A stretch of 64,000 nucleotides of DNA from a virus: positions 32,001-96,000 of IMG/VR virus record IMGVR_UViG_3300042868_011225; one strand, 5' to 3'. The notes under the pieces are model-generated. The model saw only the letters and a program-made list of their open reading frames with translations, made no database searches and was not told the origin of the DNA. Made by a program: the position numbers and the translations under genes. Shown in pieces: positions 10,617-22,016 of this stretch (within the stretch, counting starts at the first letter, position 1; each line of letters opens with the position of its first letter).

Positions 10617-12926
10617 ATGCAAGTAATAAAAAGAAACGGACAAAAAATAGATTTTAATCCAAATAAAATCTTACTAAGAATAAAAAAACAATCAGATGGG
10701 TTAAAAGTTAACCCTGATGAGTTGTTCTTGAAAGTAACGCAAGGTATTGCAGACAACATGACCACAAACGAAGTTGATGACTTGATTTCGATTGTTGCTG
10801 AATCATTATCAATGAATCACCCAGATTATTCAATCTTGGCAGCTAACATAGCTATTAGTAAGCTTCATAAAGAAACTGAAGATAACTTTATGAAAGCAAC
10901 CAAGAAACAATACAATGCTGGATTGTTAAATGATTTCTATTACAATAAAGTAAAAGAAAATATTGAACTTATTGAGTCAGTGATTAATTATAAAAGAGAT
11001 TTTCATTTTGATTATTTTGGATGGTGTTCACTCAAAGACATTTATCTTTTGAAAACAAAGGACGGTCAATTGGTTGAAAGACCACAACAATTATATATTC
11101 GTGTTGCTCTTATGGTAACTAATAATGCTGAAGATTTTATAGAAAAATATAATGATTTAAGCAATCAAAAAGAATCTCCAGCAACACCAATTAAAATCAA
11201 TATTGGAACAAAGATTGGTCAAATTGCATCATGTAATTTATCAATTGTTCCAGATGATTCAACTGAAGGGTTATTAGGAATGTTAGGTAGAATATCTATT
11301 TCATCTTCTAAAGCTGAAGGAATTGGATTAGCAGTTTCAAATATTCGTTCTAAAGAAACCAATGTTGGTAATTCTGACGGTAAAGCAGGTGGTATATTCA
11401 AATATCTTAAAGTAGTAAATGAAGCACTTAGATTCTGGAACCAACGTGGTAAAAGACCTGGTTCATGTGCTATTTATATAGAACCATGGCATAAAGATAT
11501 CTTTGATGTGTTGGATATGAGAAAGAAAACTGGTGATGATACACTTAGGGCTAGAGATTTATTTTCAGCACTTTGGATTCCAGATAATTTCATGAGAGCA
11601 GTAGAAGCAAATTCTGATTGGTATTTATTTTGTCCCCATGACATCAAAGTAGCTGGTTTAAAACCATTTTACGAAATTTACGGAGCTGAATATGAAGAAG
11701 AGTATAATAAAGCTGTAGAGATGGGTATTGGTACCAAAATCAAAGCACATGATTTGTGGTTGAAAATACTTGAAGCACAAATTGAAAGCGGAATGCCTTA
11801 TATGTGTTTTAAAGATTCAGCAAACATCAAATCGAACCAAAAGAATATGGGTGTTATTCACTCTAGTAACTTATGTAGTGAGATTATGGAAGTAACAGAT
11901 GCCAACACAACAGCTATTTGTACACTTACTAGTATTCCAGTACAAAAATTTGTTGTTGATGGGGAGTATGATTATAGCGAATTAGGTCGTGTTGCTCGTT
12001 CAGTAACAAAATCACTTAATATCGCTATTGATGTAAACGAATATTCTACCGAAGAAGGTCGTAAGGGTGGTTTAGAGCAAAGAGCTCTAGGAATTGGTAT
12101 CCAAGGTTTAGCTGACGTATTTGCGTTGCTTAAATTGCCTTTTACAAGTCCATTAGCTAGAACGATTAATAAAACAATCTTCGAAACGATTTATTTCAAT
12201 GCGTTGAGACAATCATGCGACTTGGCAAAAGAAACTGCTTTAACTTATGATGGTTACGAAGGTTCACCGATATCGCAAGGTATTTTCCAATGGGAAATGT
12301 GGGGTTTAACTGAAGCTGATTTATCTGGAATGTATGATTGGAAAACATTAAGAGAAGACATTTTAATTTATGGGGTTAGAAACTCTTTGGTTACAACATG
12401 CCCACCAACAGCAAGTTCTGCACGTGTAATTGGGTCAAATGAAGCTTTCGAACCATTCACATCTAACTTATATGTTCGTAGAGTAACTGGTGGTGAGTTT
12501 GCAATGGTGAATAAACACTTGGTTAGAGAATTAGAAGAAGAAGGAATTTGGAATAGAGAAACACTACAAGAATTGATGAAAAATGATGGTAGTGTTCAAA
12601 ACATACCAACAATTAATGAAGATATTAAAGAGAGATATAAAACAGTTTGGGAAATATCACAAAAATCTCTTATTGAAATGTCAGCTGAGAGAGGGCCATT
12701 TGTAGACCAGTCACAAAGTCTTAACATTTTCTTTTCTACACCAACAGTTGGGAAGTTAACTACTTCACATACACTAGCATGGAAATTAGGGCTTAAAACA
12801 GGTCAATATTATTTGAGAAGTGAATCAGTCGATAACAAAGCGAAACACTTAGCAATCGATATGGATAAGAATAAACCAGAAAAACCGCAAGACAGTCAAT
12901 TTGAATGCTTCGGTTGTTCATCATAA
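10617..12926 (+). CDS. nrdA: Ribonucleotide reductase class Ia alpha subunit with ATP cone
   Basis: VIKRNG ATP cone, ASCNL, SNLCSE, AICTL, PTAS, YYLR, C-terminal CFGC. Confidence 0.95.
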   Translation: MQVIKRNGQKIDFNPNKILLRIKKQSDGLKVNPDELFLKVTQGIADNMTTNEVDDLISIVAESLSMNHPDYSILAANIAISKLHKETEDNFMKATKKQYNAGLLNDFYYNKVKENIELIESVINYKRDFHFDYFGWCSLKDIYLLKTKDGQLVERPQQLYIRVALMVTNNAEDFIEKYNDLSNQKESPATPIKINIGTKIGQIASCNLSIVPDDSTEGLLGMLGRISISSSKAEGIGLAVSNIRSKETNVGNSDGKAGGIFKYLKVVNEALRFWNQRGKRPGSCAIYIEPWHKDIFDVLDMRKKTGDDTLRARDLFSALWIPDNFMRAVEANSDWYLFCPHDIKVAGLKPFYEIYGAEYEEEYNKAVEMGIGTKIKAHDLWLKILEAQIESGMPYMCFKDSANIKSNQKNMGVIHSSNLCSEIMEVTDANTTAICTLTSIPVQKFVVDGEYDYSELGRVARSVTKSLNIAIDVNEYSTEEGRKGGLEQRALGIGIQGLADVFALLKLPFTSPLARTINKTIFETIYFNALRQSCDLAKETALTYDGYEGSPISQGIFQWEMWGLTEADLSGMYDWKTLREDILIYGVRNSLVTTCPPTASSARVIGSNEAFEPFTSNLYVRRVTGGEFAMVNKHLVRELEEEGIWNRETLQELMKNDGSVQNIPTINEDIKERYKTVWEISQKSLIEMSAERGPFVDQSQSLNIFFSTPTVGKLTTSHTLAWKLGLKTGQYYLRSESVDNKAKHLAIDMDKNKPEKPQDSQFECFGCSS

Positions 12927-12933
12927 CAAAATC

Positions 12934-12960
12934 AAAGGGACCTAAATGGTCCCTTTTTTT
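12934..12960 (+). terminator. Rho-independent terminator
   Basis: AAAGGGACC-TAAAT-GGTCCCTTT plus T run. Confidence 0.85.
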
Positions 12961-13020
12961 ATTTGCCATATTTACTTATAAAAATAATTTATTATCATAT
13001 TTATCTAAAAAAGAATAAGT

Positions 13021-13398
13021 ATGAAATATATTAATATAAATTACCCATTTAAAGACAGTCCTAAAGGGTTTTTTTTAGATTTAAATTCTGATGATGCATC
13101 AGCTATTAAAGCTGACCTTATGCATTTAGTTTTAACTAGAAAAGGACAAAGACTTTACAACCCAGATTTCGGAACAGATTTATTAAAATTTATCTTCGAA
13201 CCCAACGATGGTTTAACACTTGCAGATATTAAATCAGAAATAACTACAGTAATAAAAAGATATTTACCTAAACTAAGTGTTGATGGAATAACAGTAGTTG
13301 AATCCCCTGAAAGTGAATATGCTGCAGTAGTTACAATAAAATATACAATAACAGATGATGTCTTTACTACACAAGACTTAGTAATAATAAATATATAA
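13021..13398 (+). CDS. Baseplate wedge subunit, gp25/GPW family
   Basis: IKADLMHLVLTRKGQRLYNPDFGTDL..FEP. Confidence 0.9.
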   Translation: MKYININYPFKDSPKGFFLDLNSDDASAIKADLMHLVLTRKGQRLYNPDFGTDLLKFIFEPNDGLTLADIKSEITTVIKRYLPKLSVDGITVVESPESEYAAVVTIKYTITDDVFTTQDLVIINI

Positions 13399-15218
13399 TG
13401 GCAAATACAGGAATACAATATACCTCTAGAAACTTCGCTGAAATACGTAGCGATTTGGTGAATATGGTTAAACAATACTATCCAGATGTTTTTGGAGATT
13501 TTAATGATGCATCGGTAGGTATGATGCTTTTAGAGCTTAATGCGGCTGTTGGTGATATGTTATCAACCAATACTGATAGAATGTTTCAAGAAACACAAAT
13601 TGATTACGCTAAAGAAAGAAAATCAATTCTTTCCATGGCTAGAACATTTGGGTTAAAAATACCAGGCAAGAGACCTAGTGTAACGATTGTAGATTTTTCA
13701 GTAACCGTTCCAGTGTTAGGTGATTCATTTGATATCTCATACGCTCCAATTATTAGAACAGGTTCCCAAGTTAATGGAGCTGGTAAAATTTTTGAAGTTA
13801 ATAATGATATTGATTTTAGTAATCCGTTTAATATAAGCGGAATACCTAATAGACTTATAATACCAAATGTTGATTCAAACGGTAATTTATCTAATTATAC
13901 TTTAACAAAAAGAGAAATTGTATCTAATGGTTCTTCTAAAGTTTTTAAAAGAGTTTTAACTAGTGCCGATGTTAGGCCATTTTTAGAGATTGTTTTACCA
14001 GAAGATAACGTAATTTCAATTGAGTCAATCATTACATTACCAGGAACTAACTTTACAAAGTTGCCAACACTTGATGATTTTTTAAACTTAGATAATAGAT
14101 GGTTTGAAATGGATGCTTTAGCTGAAGATAAAGTTTTTATAGAAGATAATTCTAGAATTACCGATAGTACTAGTGTAAGACCAGGAAAGTATATTTCAAC
14201 AAATAAAAAATTTATTAGAGAATATACAGATTTAGGTTTTACCAAGATTATTTTAGGTGGTGGTAATCAAGATACTAGTAGTCTTTGTGATTTTGATACA
14301 AATATTGCTTTGGTTAATCAAATTGGTGATTTTATCAATAATATGTCTTTAGGTGTTACACCAACAGCTAATACTACTATGTTTATCAAATATAGAGTGG
14401 GTGGTGGTTCAGAAAGCAACGTTGGGCCAAACGTATTAACTAGTGTAGGGTTAATAAACATGAATGTTAACGGCTCTAAACCATTGATAAATGCAGCTGT
14501 TAAAGCTTCTCTTACAGTTAATAACGCATTTCCAGCTTTAGGTGGTAAAAATGAACCTAGTGTTGAAGAAATTAGAAATCTTGTAAGATATAATTTTGCT
14601 TCACAAAATAGAGCTGTAACCATTAAAGATTATCAAACTAGAATAGCTCAGATGCCTGGTAACTTTGGTGTACCATTCAGATGTGGTGTTTTTGAACAAC
14701 AAAATAAAATTAAAGTTTACATTCTTAGCCTAGATGCTCAATCTAAATTAACAAACAATTCAACTAGTGTTCTTAGAGAGAACATAGCAAATTATTTAGC
14801 TGATTTTAGAATGATTAATGATTACGTTGAAATCACCAATGGTAGAATAATTAATTTAGGTTTTCAAGTTGATTTAATGGTTGATAAAAAACAACCACAA
14901 GGTCAAATCATTAGTCAGGTAATTTCAGACATACAATCGTATATGGATATAAACAAATATCAAATGGGTGATAATATTTATCTATCATCATTGATAGAAA
15001 CTATTAATAATGTTGCTGGTGTATTAAACGTAATTGATTTGAGAGTTTATAATAAAGTGGGACAAGGTAAATATAGTCTTAATGAAATTTCCCAACCATA
15101 TTCTGACGTTAATACTAGACAAGTAGATATTATAACGGATTATACCCTTTTTGGTGAACCGATTAGTATGTTTGAGATTAAAGACCCAACTACCGATATC
15201 ATAGTTAGAGTAAAATAA
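13398..15218 (+). CDS. Baseplate wedge protein, T4 gp6/baseplate J-like
   Basis: YTSRNFAEIRSDL, YRVGGG..NV, GG..EPSVEEIR, QNRAVTIKDY. Confidence 0.85.
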   Translation: MANTGIQYTSRNFAEIRSDLVNMVKQYYPDVFGDFNDASVGMMLLELNAAVGDMLSTNTDRMFQETQIDYAKERKSILSMARTFGLKIPGKRPSVTIVDFSVTVPVLGDSFDISYAPIIRTGSQVNGAGKIFEVNNDIDFSNPFNISGIPNRLIIPNVDSNGNLSNYTLTKREIVSNGSSKVFKRVLTSADVRPFLEIVLPEDNVISIESIITLPGTNFTKLPTLDDFLNLDNRWFEMDALAEDKVFIEDNSRITDSTSVRPGKYISTNKKFIREYTDLGFTKIILGGGNQDTSSLCDFDTNIALVNQIGDFINNMSLGVTPTANTTMFIKYRVGGGSESNVGPNVLTSVGLINMNVNGSKPLINAAVKASLTVNNAFPALGGKNEPSVEEIRNLVRYNFASQNRAVTIKDYQTRIAQMPGNFGVPFRCGVFEQQNKIKVYILSLDAQSKLTNNSTSVLRENIANYLADFRMINDYVEITNGRIINLGFQVDLMVDKKQPQGQIISQVISDIQSYMDINKYQMGDNIYLSSLIETINNVAGVLNVIDLRVYNKVGQGKYSLNEISQPYSDVNTRQVDIITDYTLFGEPISMFEIKDPTTDIIVRVK

Positions 15219-15281
15219 TCTTTCCTTATTCATTATTTAGGTTATATTAATCCAAATAATAAAAATTAAAAAAATAAAAGT

Positions 15282-15671
15282 ATGAGTTGCGGATGTAAAG
15301 CAAAAAAAGGTGAAGGAACACCAACTAACTTGTTAGATAATAATGAAAATAAACCTAAAGTATCTATAACAACTAATATTATTCATTATTCAATGAAAAT
15401 GATAGGTTTTTTAGTTGCTATGGTTTTATTACCTATTATAATGGTGGCAATTGCTTACTATATGTTTAATTTAATAGTAATGACCAAGGAAATAGATATC
15501 AAACCATTATTTATTTCATTATCTAAATTTATGAAAAAAGTAGCTAAAGATAATGCTGACGATGATGATGACGATGATGACGATGATGATGATGCAGAAT
15601 GGGAAGATATTGACCCAGATGAATTTGAATTAATAGGTGTAGATGATATAACAAATAAAGAGAATAAATAA
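15282..15671 (+). CDS. Small membrane protein with N-terminal CGC and poly-Asp tail
   Basis: MSCGCK, hydrophobic segment IGFLVAMVLLPIIMVAIAYYMF, run of ~11 Asp (GAC/GAT repeats ~15558-15593). Confidence 0.7.
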   Translation: MSCGCKAKKGEGTPTNLLDNNENKPKVSITTNIIHYSMKMIGFLVAMVLLPIIMVAIAYYMFNLIVMTKEIDIKPLFISLSKFMKKVAKDNADDDDDDDDDDDDAEWEDIDPDEFELIGVDDITNKENK

Positions 15672-18600
15672 TGTCAAAAGCGATAAGAATAAGAACAACA
15701 CCAAATGGTGGTGATAACTATATTAAGGTTAAACTAGAACAAGATTTTGATTTTCTAGAGATATTATCATTGAATATAAATCAAGAAGATGTTTATAAAC
15801 GATTTTCTTCTGATTATGGTGTCATCGTTGGTAGAGTAATTATCAACGGTGGTTTTGGTGTTCCAAATGCAAAAGTAAGTGTTTTTATACCGTTGGATAA
15901 CATTGATAAAAATGATGTCTTAAAAAGAGGTTTATATCCTTATGAAAAAATCAATGATAAAAATAGTGATGGTATCAGATATAATCTATTAACTCAAGAT
16001 TCTCAATCACAAAATGAATGTTTTACATCAATTGGTACCTTCCCAACAAAAAGAGAAGTTTTAGATAATGATGTTATGTTAGAAGTGTATTGTAAATATT
16101 ATAAATTTACAACGACTACTAATCAGGCTGGTGATTTTATGATTTTTGGCGTACCACTAGGTAATCACAATGTTCACTTGGATGCAGATATTTCAGATAT
16201 TGGTATTGCATCACAAAGACCTTATGATATGATTTCTAAAGGTGCTAGTATCTCTAGATTTGATTCAACTACTAAATTTTCTACTGGAACCAATTTAGAT
16301 AAATTAATGCAAGTAAAAAGCTTGGATGCAGGTGTAAACGTACAACCATTTTGGGGTGATAAAGAAAGTTATGAAATAGGTATTACTCGTTTAGATTTAG
16401 ATTTAAATTATGACATAACACCAGCGGCTATCTTTATGGGTAGTATATTTGGTGATAAAGATAAACATAGTGTTAACAAAAGATGTAGACCTAGAAAAAA
16501 ATTGGGTCTTTTAGACGAACAAATGACCAATGAAGGTACTATTCGTATGATTAGAAAAACCCTCGATAATAAAATTGAAGAATTTAATGTTGATGGGTCA
16601 GAACTTATTGATGATAAAGGTGCATGGGCATACCAAGTTCCAATGAATTTAGATTATATGGTTACCGATGAAGAGGGTAATCTTATTTTATCTGACGACC
16701 CTGATAAAGGGATTCCAACAAGAGCTAGAGTAAGATTTAACATTGGTATGACTAATGATGGTGGTTTAGGTAGGCTTAGAACAAGGGCTAGGTATTTAGT
16801 ACCTAATAACCCTAAAGTTCTATCTGAGATTGACTATGAGTTTGGTGCTAAAACAAAAAACACTAGTTTTAGAGATTTACATTGGAATAAAATATATACT
16901 GTTAGTAATTATATTAGTAGGTTCCAAAGAAATAACGTATTTACTGGTGCTTTAACTAGAGCAGCAACAGGTATTAAAGATGTTGAAAACACTGGCAAAG
17001 TGGCTTTTCCTTATAATAGAGTAAATACTGAAAATAACCCTATATTTTTTATTATTTGTTTAATTATGTGGATTCTTATCCTTGTAATTTTCTTTATGAA
17101 TTATATTGTTTTTCCTATTATTAATTTCTTTTTAGGTATTGTTAAAGATTTTTTCAAAACTCTTTGCCGTATTAAGATATGGAAGTGGAGACCATTCCGT
17201 TTTGCTTGTCGTATTGCCGATAGTATTAATTTTGTTGCGTGTATTGCAGTATCATGTCCATTTGATGATGGTTATAGTTATTCACCTGGTTGTTATAGTA
17301 GTAGTAGAGGATTTGGTGCTTTATGTGACGAAAGTGGTTGTCCTACTTACTATCCTGGTGATAGTTTCGGTCATGGTACTCCAGATTGTGGGTTAAGTGA
17401 TTGTATCGCTTTTGAAATGGCTAGAACACTAAACTTATTCCAATTTGATTTTTATAATGATTGGGTTAATGGTAGTTTATTTAGTTATTTATTAAAATAT
17501 AAAAGAAGAAAAAATAAATCAGAAAAATTCTGTGAATCAAATTGTGAAGATATTGCAGGTGGTGGTGTTGATGGAAATAATAATGGTACTGCTGATAATA
17601 AGTGTTATAGTAGTTTATTGATGGACACCTGTTTCAGAAGTGGTAAAGATTCACAAAAAAATACTAGAGGTATTGGTATTAATGAAGGGGTTATCAAAAA
17701 AGTTGGTACTGAATTTTATTACGCTGCAACAAATAGAAGTACTGACCTTAGACTATTTTCAACTGAAATAGTTAATTTAGGTTCAGTATTTGAATGTGAT
17801 TGGCAAGGTATACCTAAAATACAAAAATTATTAATACCTACAACATTTAAAGTACCACCAGATACTCAAGAATTAACCGATGATAAAACACAGGTAGAAA
17901 CTACTGGTATGGTTGATATTGGTGGTAATACGTGTGGTAATTTTTTCGATATTAATTGTTTAGGTCTTCATGTTGACCCTAGACAATGTGTCAATGTTAG
18001 ACATATTTGTGAAATGGGTGTTGATATTGACGAAGCAACGTTTTCCCCAACTGATAATAATACTTTAACTAATCAAGCTGATTGCATTATTGGTAAGTTA
18101 GATATTGATGATAATTTTGGTAAATGGACTAGAGATGTTTTCTATGGTTTAAACCAAACAGCCACACCATGGATTGGATTAACTAGTTTAACTATACCAC
18201 CAGCAGGATTTTCAACTGACTTTAATCTACAGAATGCAGGTGACTACAATCAAACTGCTGTTGGACCTAATGGTGCTGATTATGTTAGTTTTAGAAATAT
18301 AAGTATTAACAATGCACCTGCTAGTGATAATACTTTTGGTCAATCAGACCACTCATATTATTTTTATTTTGGATTAGAACCAGGTAGTACTGGTTTGGAT
18401 AAAATGAATAAAAAATTCTTTGCTGCTTGTATTAAACCAGAAAGAAATAGTATTGTAATTGAATCAAATTCTATCCCAGATATATTAAGTGGTGGTTCTG
18501 GTTGCATTAATTTTTCATTTATTGGTGGTACTGGACCATTCAATTACACAATCACTGGACTAAATGACCCACAAGGTAATCCGTTAAATATAACACCACA

Positions 18601-20176
18601 AACAGGTTCTGTACCAAATAGTAACACTACTACGCCAAACATATGTGGTTTTTATCCTGGAACTTATTTAATTTCGGCAACAGACGCATTAGGTACACCA
18701 ATTACAGATACTATTTCAGTCAATGGGGCAACACCTTTATACTGTTATAGTTTTGTTTCTAAATTGTTAAGTATTGATACCGCAACAGATGGTGAGATAA
18801 CGATAGGAAATGCTGGTGGTGGAGTCGCACCATTACGTTACACACTTAAAACTTCACAAGGTGTTACTGTTCCTGGTGTTGGTGGACCTGCTCTAGCAAC
18901 GACAAATTTGGTTTTAGGTGGGTTAGCTAGTGATTTGATTGGTTATACATTGAGAATTTACGATTCAGCAGTACCACCTGCTGAATGTATAACAACTGGT
19001 TTAACAATAACAGGTCCTAGTGTTATAAATATTAGATACACTGGAACAAATATACATTGTGCTGGTGAAGATACTGGTGCCATTAAGTTAGAAATTAATG
19101 GTGGTGTTCCACCATATACAACAAATATTGTTGGTCCAGATGGTTATCAAAATACTAGTTTAAATTTAGCTGGTTTAGCACCAGGGTCATATACGGTAAC
19201 AGTTGTTGATTCTGTTGGTTCTGCGGCAACACAAACATATTCACTAATAGAAGAAAATCCACTATTAACAATACTTAGAGCAAATGCTACTGACACCTCA
19301 AAACAATGTGACCCATTATTCCATAATATACCTTTTGATATTACTACTGGAGGTCCTCCTGGATTTCAAGCAAATGTTCAATATAGTCTAGATGCTGGTG
19401 ATACATGGGTAGATATTCAATTATCACCAACATCTGGTGTTAGATATGTACTATCAATAGGTCAGGGATTAGTTACTACAGACGGAGTTTTAATTAGATT
19501 TTGGGTTGATAATTTCCCTCGTCCAGGTATAGACCCTTGTTATTCTGAGGAATTAGTGTATGAACTTGATGAAATAAGACTACCACCTATGATTCCTGCT
19601 GGTAAAGCATATATTATGGATGGTTTACTTACTCAATACACACCAGCACTAGAAGCTATTTATAACAACAAAAGACAATGTAATGCTAACACTGGTACTT
19701 ATACGTTTAGTTTAGCTCATTTAGATATGGGCTTTACTAGCAGAGCACCTTATACTATTGATTATAAAGTAGATTCTACTGTTGCAACTACACAAACACT
19801 AACTCATTACAATGGATTAGTAACACTTACAGGTAGTAAAGGACCTGGTGATAATAACGTTGATTTTTACGTTAGAATAACTGATAACAAAGGTTGTACG
19901 TTCCCAGCTAACGCAACAAATGCCGCAAATACATGGTATAATGCTAGGGTTGCTTTACCTGCAGCTACATTGGCCTTAACCTCAATACAAACAACAGGAC
20001 CTAGTAGTGGTAATTATACACATATATTTACAGTTACTGGTGGTATAGCTCCCCTAACACTTGGTGCCAGTACTCCAATAAGTTCTGGTGTGCCACGTAC
20101 AATTGTTAACAATAGTTTGGTTTATGTTAATACGGTTACCGATGCTAATGGTTGTGTAATTCAAATTATAGGATAA
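15671..20176 (+). CDS. Large Cys-rich tail/baseplate protein with internal hydrophobic segment and SprB-like repeats
   Basis: N-terminal carboxypeptidase-regulatory-like strands (GRV..GVPNAKVS..TTNQAGDFMIFGVPLG); hydrophobic stretch ~17040-17150; GGxxPYxY / TVTDANGC repeats in the C-terminal third. Confidence 0.65.
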   Translation: MSKAIRIRTTPNGGDNYIKVKLEQDFDFLEILSLNINQEDVYKRFSSDYGVIVGRVIINGGFGVPNAKVSVFIPLDNIDKNDVLKRGLYPYEKINDKNSDGIRYNLLTQDSQSQNECFTSIGTFPTKREVLDNDVMLEVYCKYYKFTTTTNQAGDFMIFGVPLGNHNVHLDADISDIGIASQRPYDMISKGASISRFDSTTKFSTGTNLDKLMQVKSLDAGVNVQPFWGDKESYEIGITRLDLDLNYDITPAAIFMGSIFGDKDKHSVNKRCRPRKKLGLLDEQMTNEGTIRMIRKTLDNKIEEFNVDGSELIDDKGAWAYQVPMNLDYMVTDEEGNLILSDDPDKGIPTRARVRFNIGMTNDGGLGRLRTRARYLVPNNPKVLSEIDYEFGAKTKNTSFRDLHWNKIYTVSNYISRFQRNNVFTGALTRAATGIKDVENTGKVAFPYNRVNTENNPIFFIICLIMWILILVIFFMNYIVFPIINFFLGIVKDFFKTLCRIKIWKWRPFRFACRIADSINFVACIAVSCPFDDGYSYSPGCYSSSRGFGALCDESGCPTYYPGDSFGHGTPDCGLSDCIAFEMARTLNLFQFDFYNDWVNGSLFSYLLKYKRRKNKSEKFCESNCEDIAGGGVDGNNNGTADNKCYSSLLMDTCFRSGKDSQKNTRGIGINEGVIKKVGTEFYYAATNRSTDLRLFSTEIVNLGSVFECDWQGIPKIQKLLIPTTFKVPPDTQELTDDKTQVETTGMVDIGGNTCGNFFDINCLGLHVDPRQCVNVRHICEMGVDIDEATFSPTDNNTLTNQADCIIGKLDIDDNFGKWTRDVFYGLNQTATPWIGLTSLTIPPAGFSTDFNLQNAGDYNQTAVGPNGADYVSFRNISINNAPASDNTFGQSDHSYYFYFGLEPGSTGLDKMNKKFFAACIKPERNSIVIESNSIPDILSGGSGCINFSFIGGTGPFNYTITGLNDPQGNPLNITPQTGSVPNSNTTTPNICGFYPGTYLISATDALGTPITDTISVNGATPLYCYSFVSKLLSIDTATDGEITIGNAGGGVAPLRYTLKTSQGVTVPGVGGPALATTNLVLGGLASDLIGYTLRIYDSAVPPAECITTGLTITGPSVINIRYTGTNIHCAGEDTGAIKLEINGGVPPYTTNIVGPDGYQNTSLNLAGLAPGSYTVTVVDSVGSAATQTYSLIEENPLLTILRANATDTSKQCDPLFHNIPFDITTGGPPGFQANVQYSLDAGDTWVDIQLSPTSGVRYVLSIGQGLVTTDGVLIRFWVDNFPRPGIDPCYSEELVYELDEIRLPPMIPAGKAYIMDGLLTQYTPALEAIYNNKRQCNANTGTYTFSLAHLDMGFTSRAPYTIDYKVDSTVATTQTLTHYNGLVTLTGSKGPGDNNVDFYVRITDNKGCTFPANATNAANTWYNARVALPAATLALTSIQTTGPSSGNYTHIFTVTGGIAPLTLGASTPISSGVPRTIVNNSLVYVNTVTDANGCVIQIIG

Positions 20177-20177
20177 A

Positions 20178-22016
20178 ATGGATATAGAAAGATTAAAACA
20201 AAGACTCAACGCATTTACATCTAAAAAAGATGTAAATGATGACACGTATTTAAAAATCAACATTAATAACAAAGAAAGGTTATTACCACCTGACGAAAAA
20301 AATAAAACTGTCAACGCTGGTGATAGATTTGATGTTGAAAGAAATCGCAGTAGTTATTATAGAATTGTTGGGTCGATAAACCCAACAGTTTCAAATGCGT
20401 TATTTAATTTAAACGATTCATCTAATTTTAACGCATTTACATGGTCTACATTTAACGATTTGGCATTTTTGGACACATCATATCCAAAAGATAACGATGT
20501 TGCTGATAAAACGGATTACACGTATCAATTATCATTAAAAAATAATTTGGTTGATATTAATGGATGGTTTGGTCATTTTAATCCAGACAAAACACGTTCT
20601 GGTTTTTGTGATTTTTTTGATATGGAACCAAAAAGACAACGTTTTTCGTTTATTCCAGATACGGCTCCTTTTCAAGCAACACCTGCACAACTTAGTGATG
20701 CAACAACACAAATAAAAAATTGGGAATTAACAATAACTTATCCAGCATCTGCAGACACAACCCATTACATGGTTTACAGTCCAACAACTGGAAATGGGTT
20801 ATTGATAGTTGATAAAGTTGCAAGTACTATTGCAACTAGACCCATGACTGGTTTTGGTGTTCCATGCAAACATAACCTTAAAATAGGTGATATTGTTAAA
20901 ATTACTGGTAGTACTGGTTTTGATGGGGAACACGTTGTTATTAGAACAGGATTAGATAATGGTGATTTAAAAGATAATTATTTTGTTTTAGATTTACCAA
21001 ATACAGGTGTTATTGATTTTGATACTAGAATGGTTAAAGTAATAAATGGTATTGATTCTAAGTATTATTTTAGAAGATTTAAAAAAATAAAAACCAAACA
21101 AGCACCAGTCATTGAAACAGATGATTATGAAACATATGCGTTAGGTTTTAGTGAAAATATATACTACGATAAAATTACACAATTTTCTTTTAATGAAGAT
21201 ATTGATGTTAGTGGGTTGGTTGACAATTTAGGAAGACCATTAAGTGAGATATTTTTAACTATTATTAAAACAGATAGCAACGGTTTATTTACCAGAGTAT
21301 CATCAGGGATAGAAACTCCGTTTGTAGAAAATTTTAACAATAATGGAAGTGGTTTTAATTATTTAAGAGCTTTACCAGTTATCAATAAAATACACAACGG
21401 TCAACCATCAACACTTGGTACACCATTACCCTTTGTTTCTTACACGCCTTTAGAATCTAATGTTTTAATTACTAATAATTTATTTTATGGTGATTTGGTT
21501 GAATTTAATTCAAATACTTTGTTAGAGGTTGTTTTGGCTGATGTTCACCACAGATTTAATACCGTAAATAGAGAAACACCAGCTACTTTACAAGCAGTAA
21601 ATATGCTTCAAGTTTCTGTACCACCATCAATTACTGAAAATGTAACATTAGGGCCAAGACAAGAAGGTTATTATTATAAATCACACCACCCTTTTAAAAT
21701 TAGAGATTTTTCTAGTTATATTGAAACGGGTGATGCTGGAACCGTTGATATGCCAAGTTATGCGATTGATTTAGGTGATGGGAGATTTGTTTGGAGAGAT
21801 TTGTTAGATTTAGGTTTTTCTGAATCTAGCATTAAACCTTTGGATTATCCATTTCTTAATGGTACACATTATTTATACGATAATTTTTGTTTTTATTTAA
21901 AAAGACAAGACCCATTCAATACGTGGGATTTATTTCATACAGATTTTCCAGCAGACCCAATAGGTGAAAAAATAACTGATAACTTTACAATTAATTCAGA
22001 AGAAGATGTTTGTTAA
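20178..22016 (+). CDS. Putative tail/baseplate structural protein
   Basis: 612 aa in structural operon; HNLKIGDIVKITG beta-barrel motif common in phage baseplate proteins. Confidence 0.6.
   Translation: MDIERLKQRLNAFTSKKDVNDDTYLKININNKERLLPPDEKNKTVNAGDRFDVERNRSSYYRIVGSINPTVSNALFNLNDSSNFNAFTWSTFNDLAFLDTSYPKDNDVADKTDYTYQLSLKNNLVDINGWFGHFNPDKTRSGFCDFFDMEPKRQRFSFIPDTAPFQATPAQLSDATTQIKNWELTITYPASADTTHYMVYSPTTGNGLLIVDKVASTIATRPMTGFGVPCKHNLKIGDIVKITGSTGFDGEHVVIRTGLDNGDLKDNYFVLDLPNTGVIDFDTRMVKVINGIDSKYYFRRFKKIKTKQAPVIETDDYETYALGFSENIYYDKITQFSFNEDIDVSGLVDNLGRPLSEIFLTIIKTDSNGLFTRVSSGIETPFVENFNNNGSGFNYLRALPVINKIHNGQPSTLGTPLPFVSYTPLESNVLITNNLFYGDLVEFNSNTLLEVVLADVHHRFNTVNRETPATLQAVNMLQVSVPPSITENVTLGPRQEGYYYKSHHPFKIRDFSSYIETGDAGTVDMPSYAIDLGDGRFVWRDLLDLGFSESSIKPLDYPFLNGTHYLYDNFCFYLKRQDPFNTWDLFHTDFPADPIGEKITDNFTINSEEDVC

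Noticed and set aside
8211-12926. Inteins, introns or homing endonucleases in helicase or nrdA/nrdB
   Set aside because: Protein lengths are normal and catalytic motifs are contiguous
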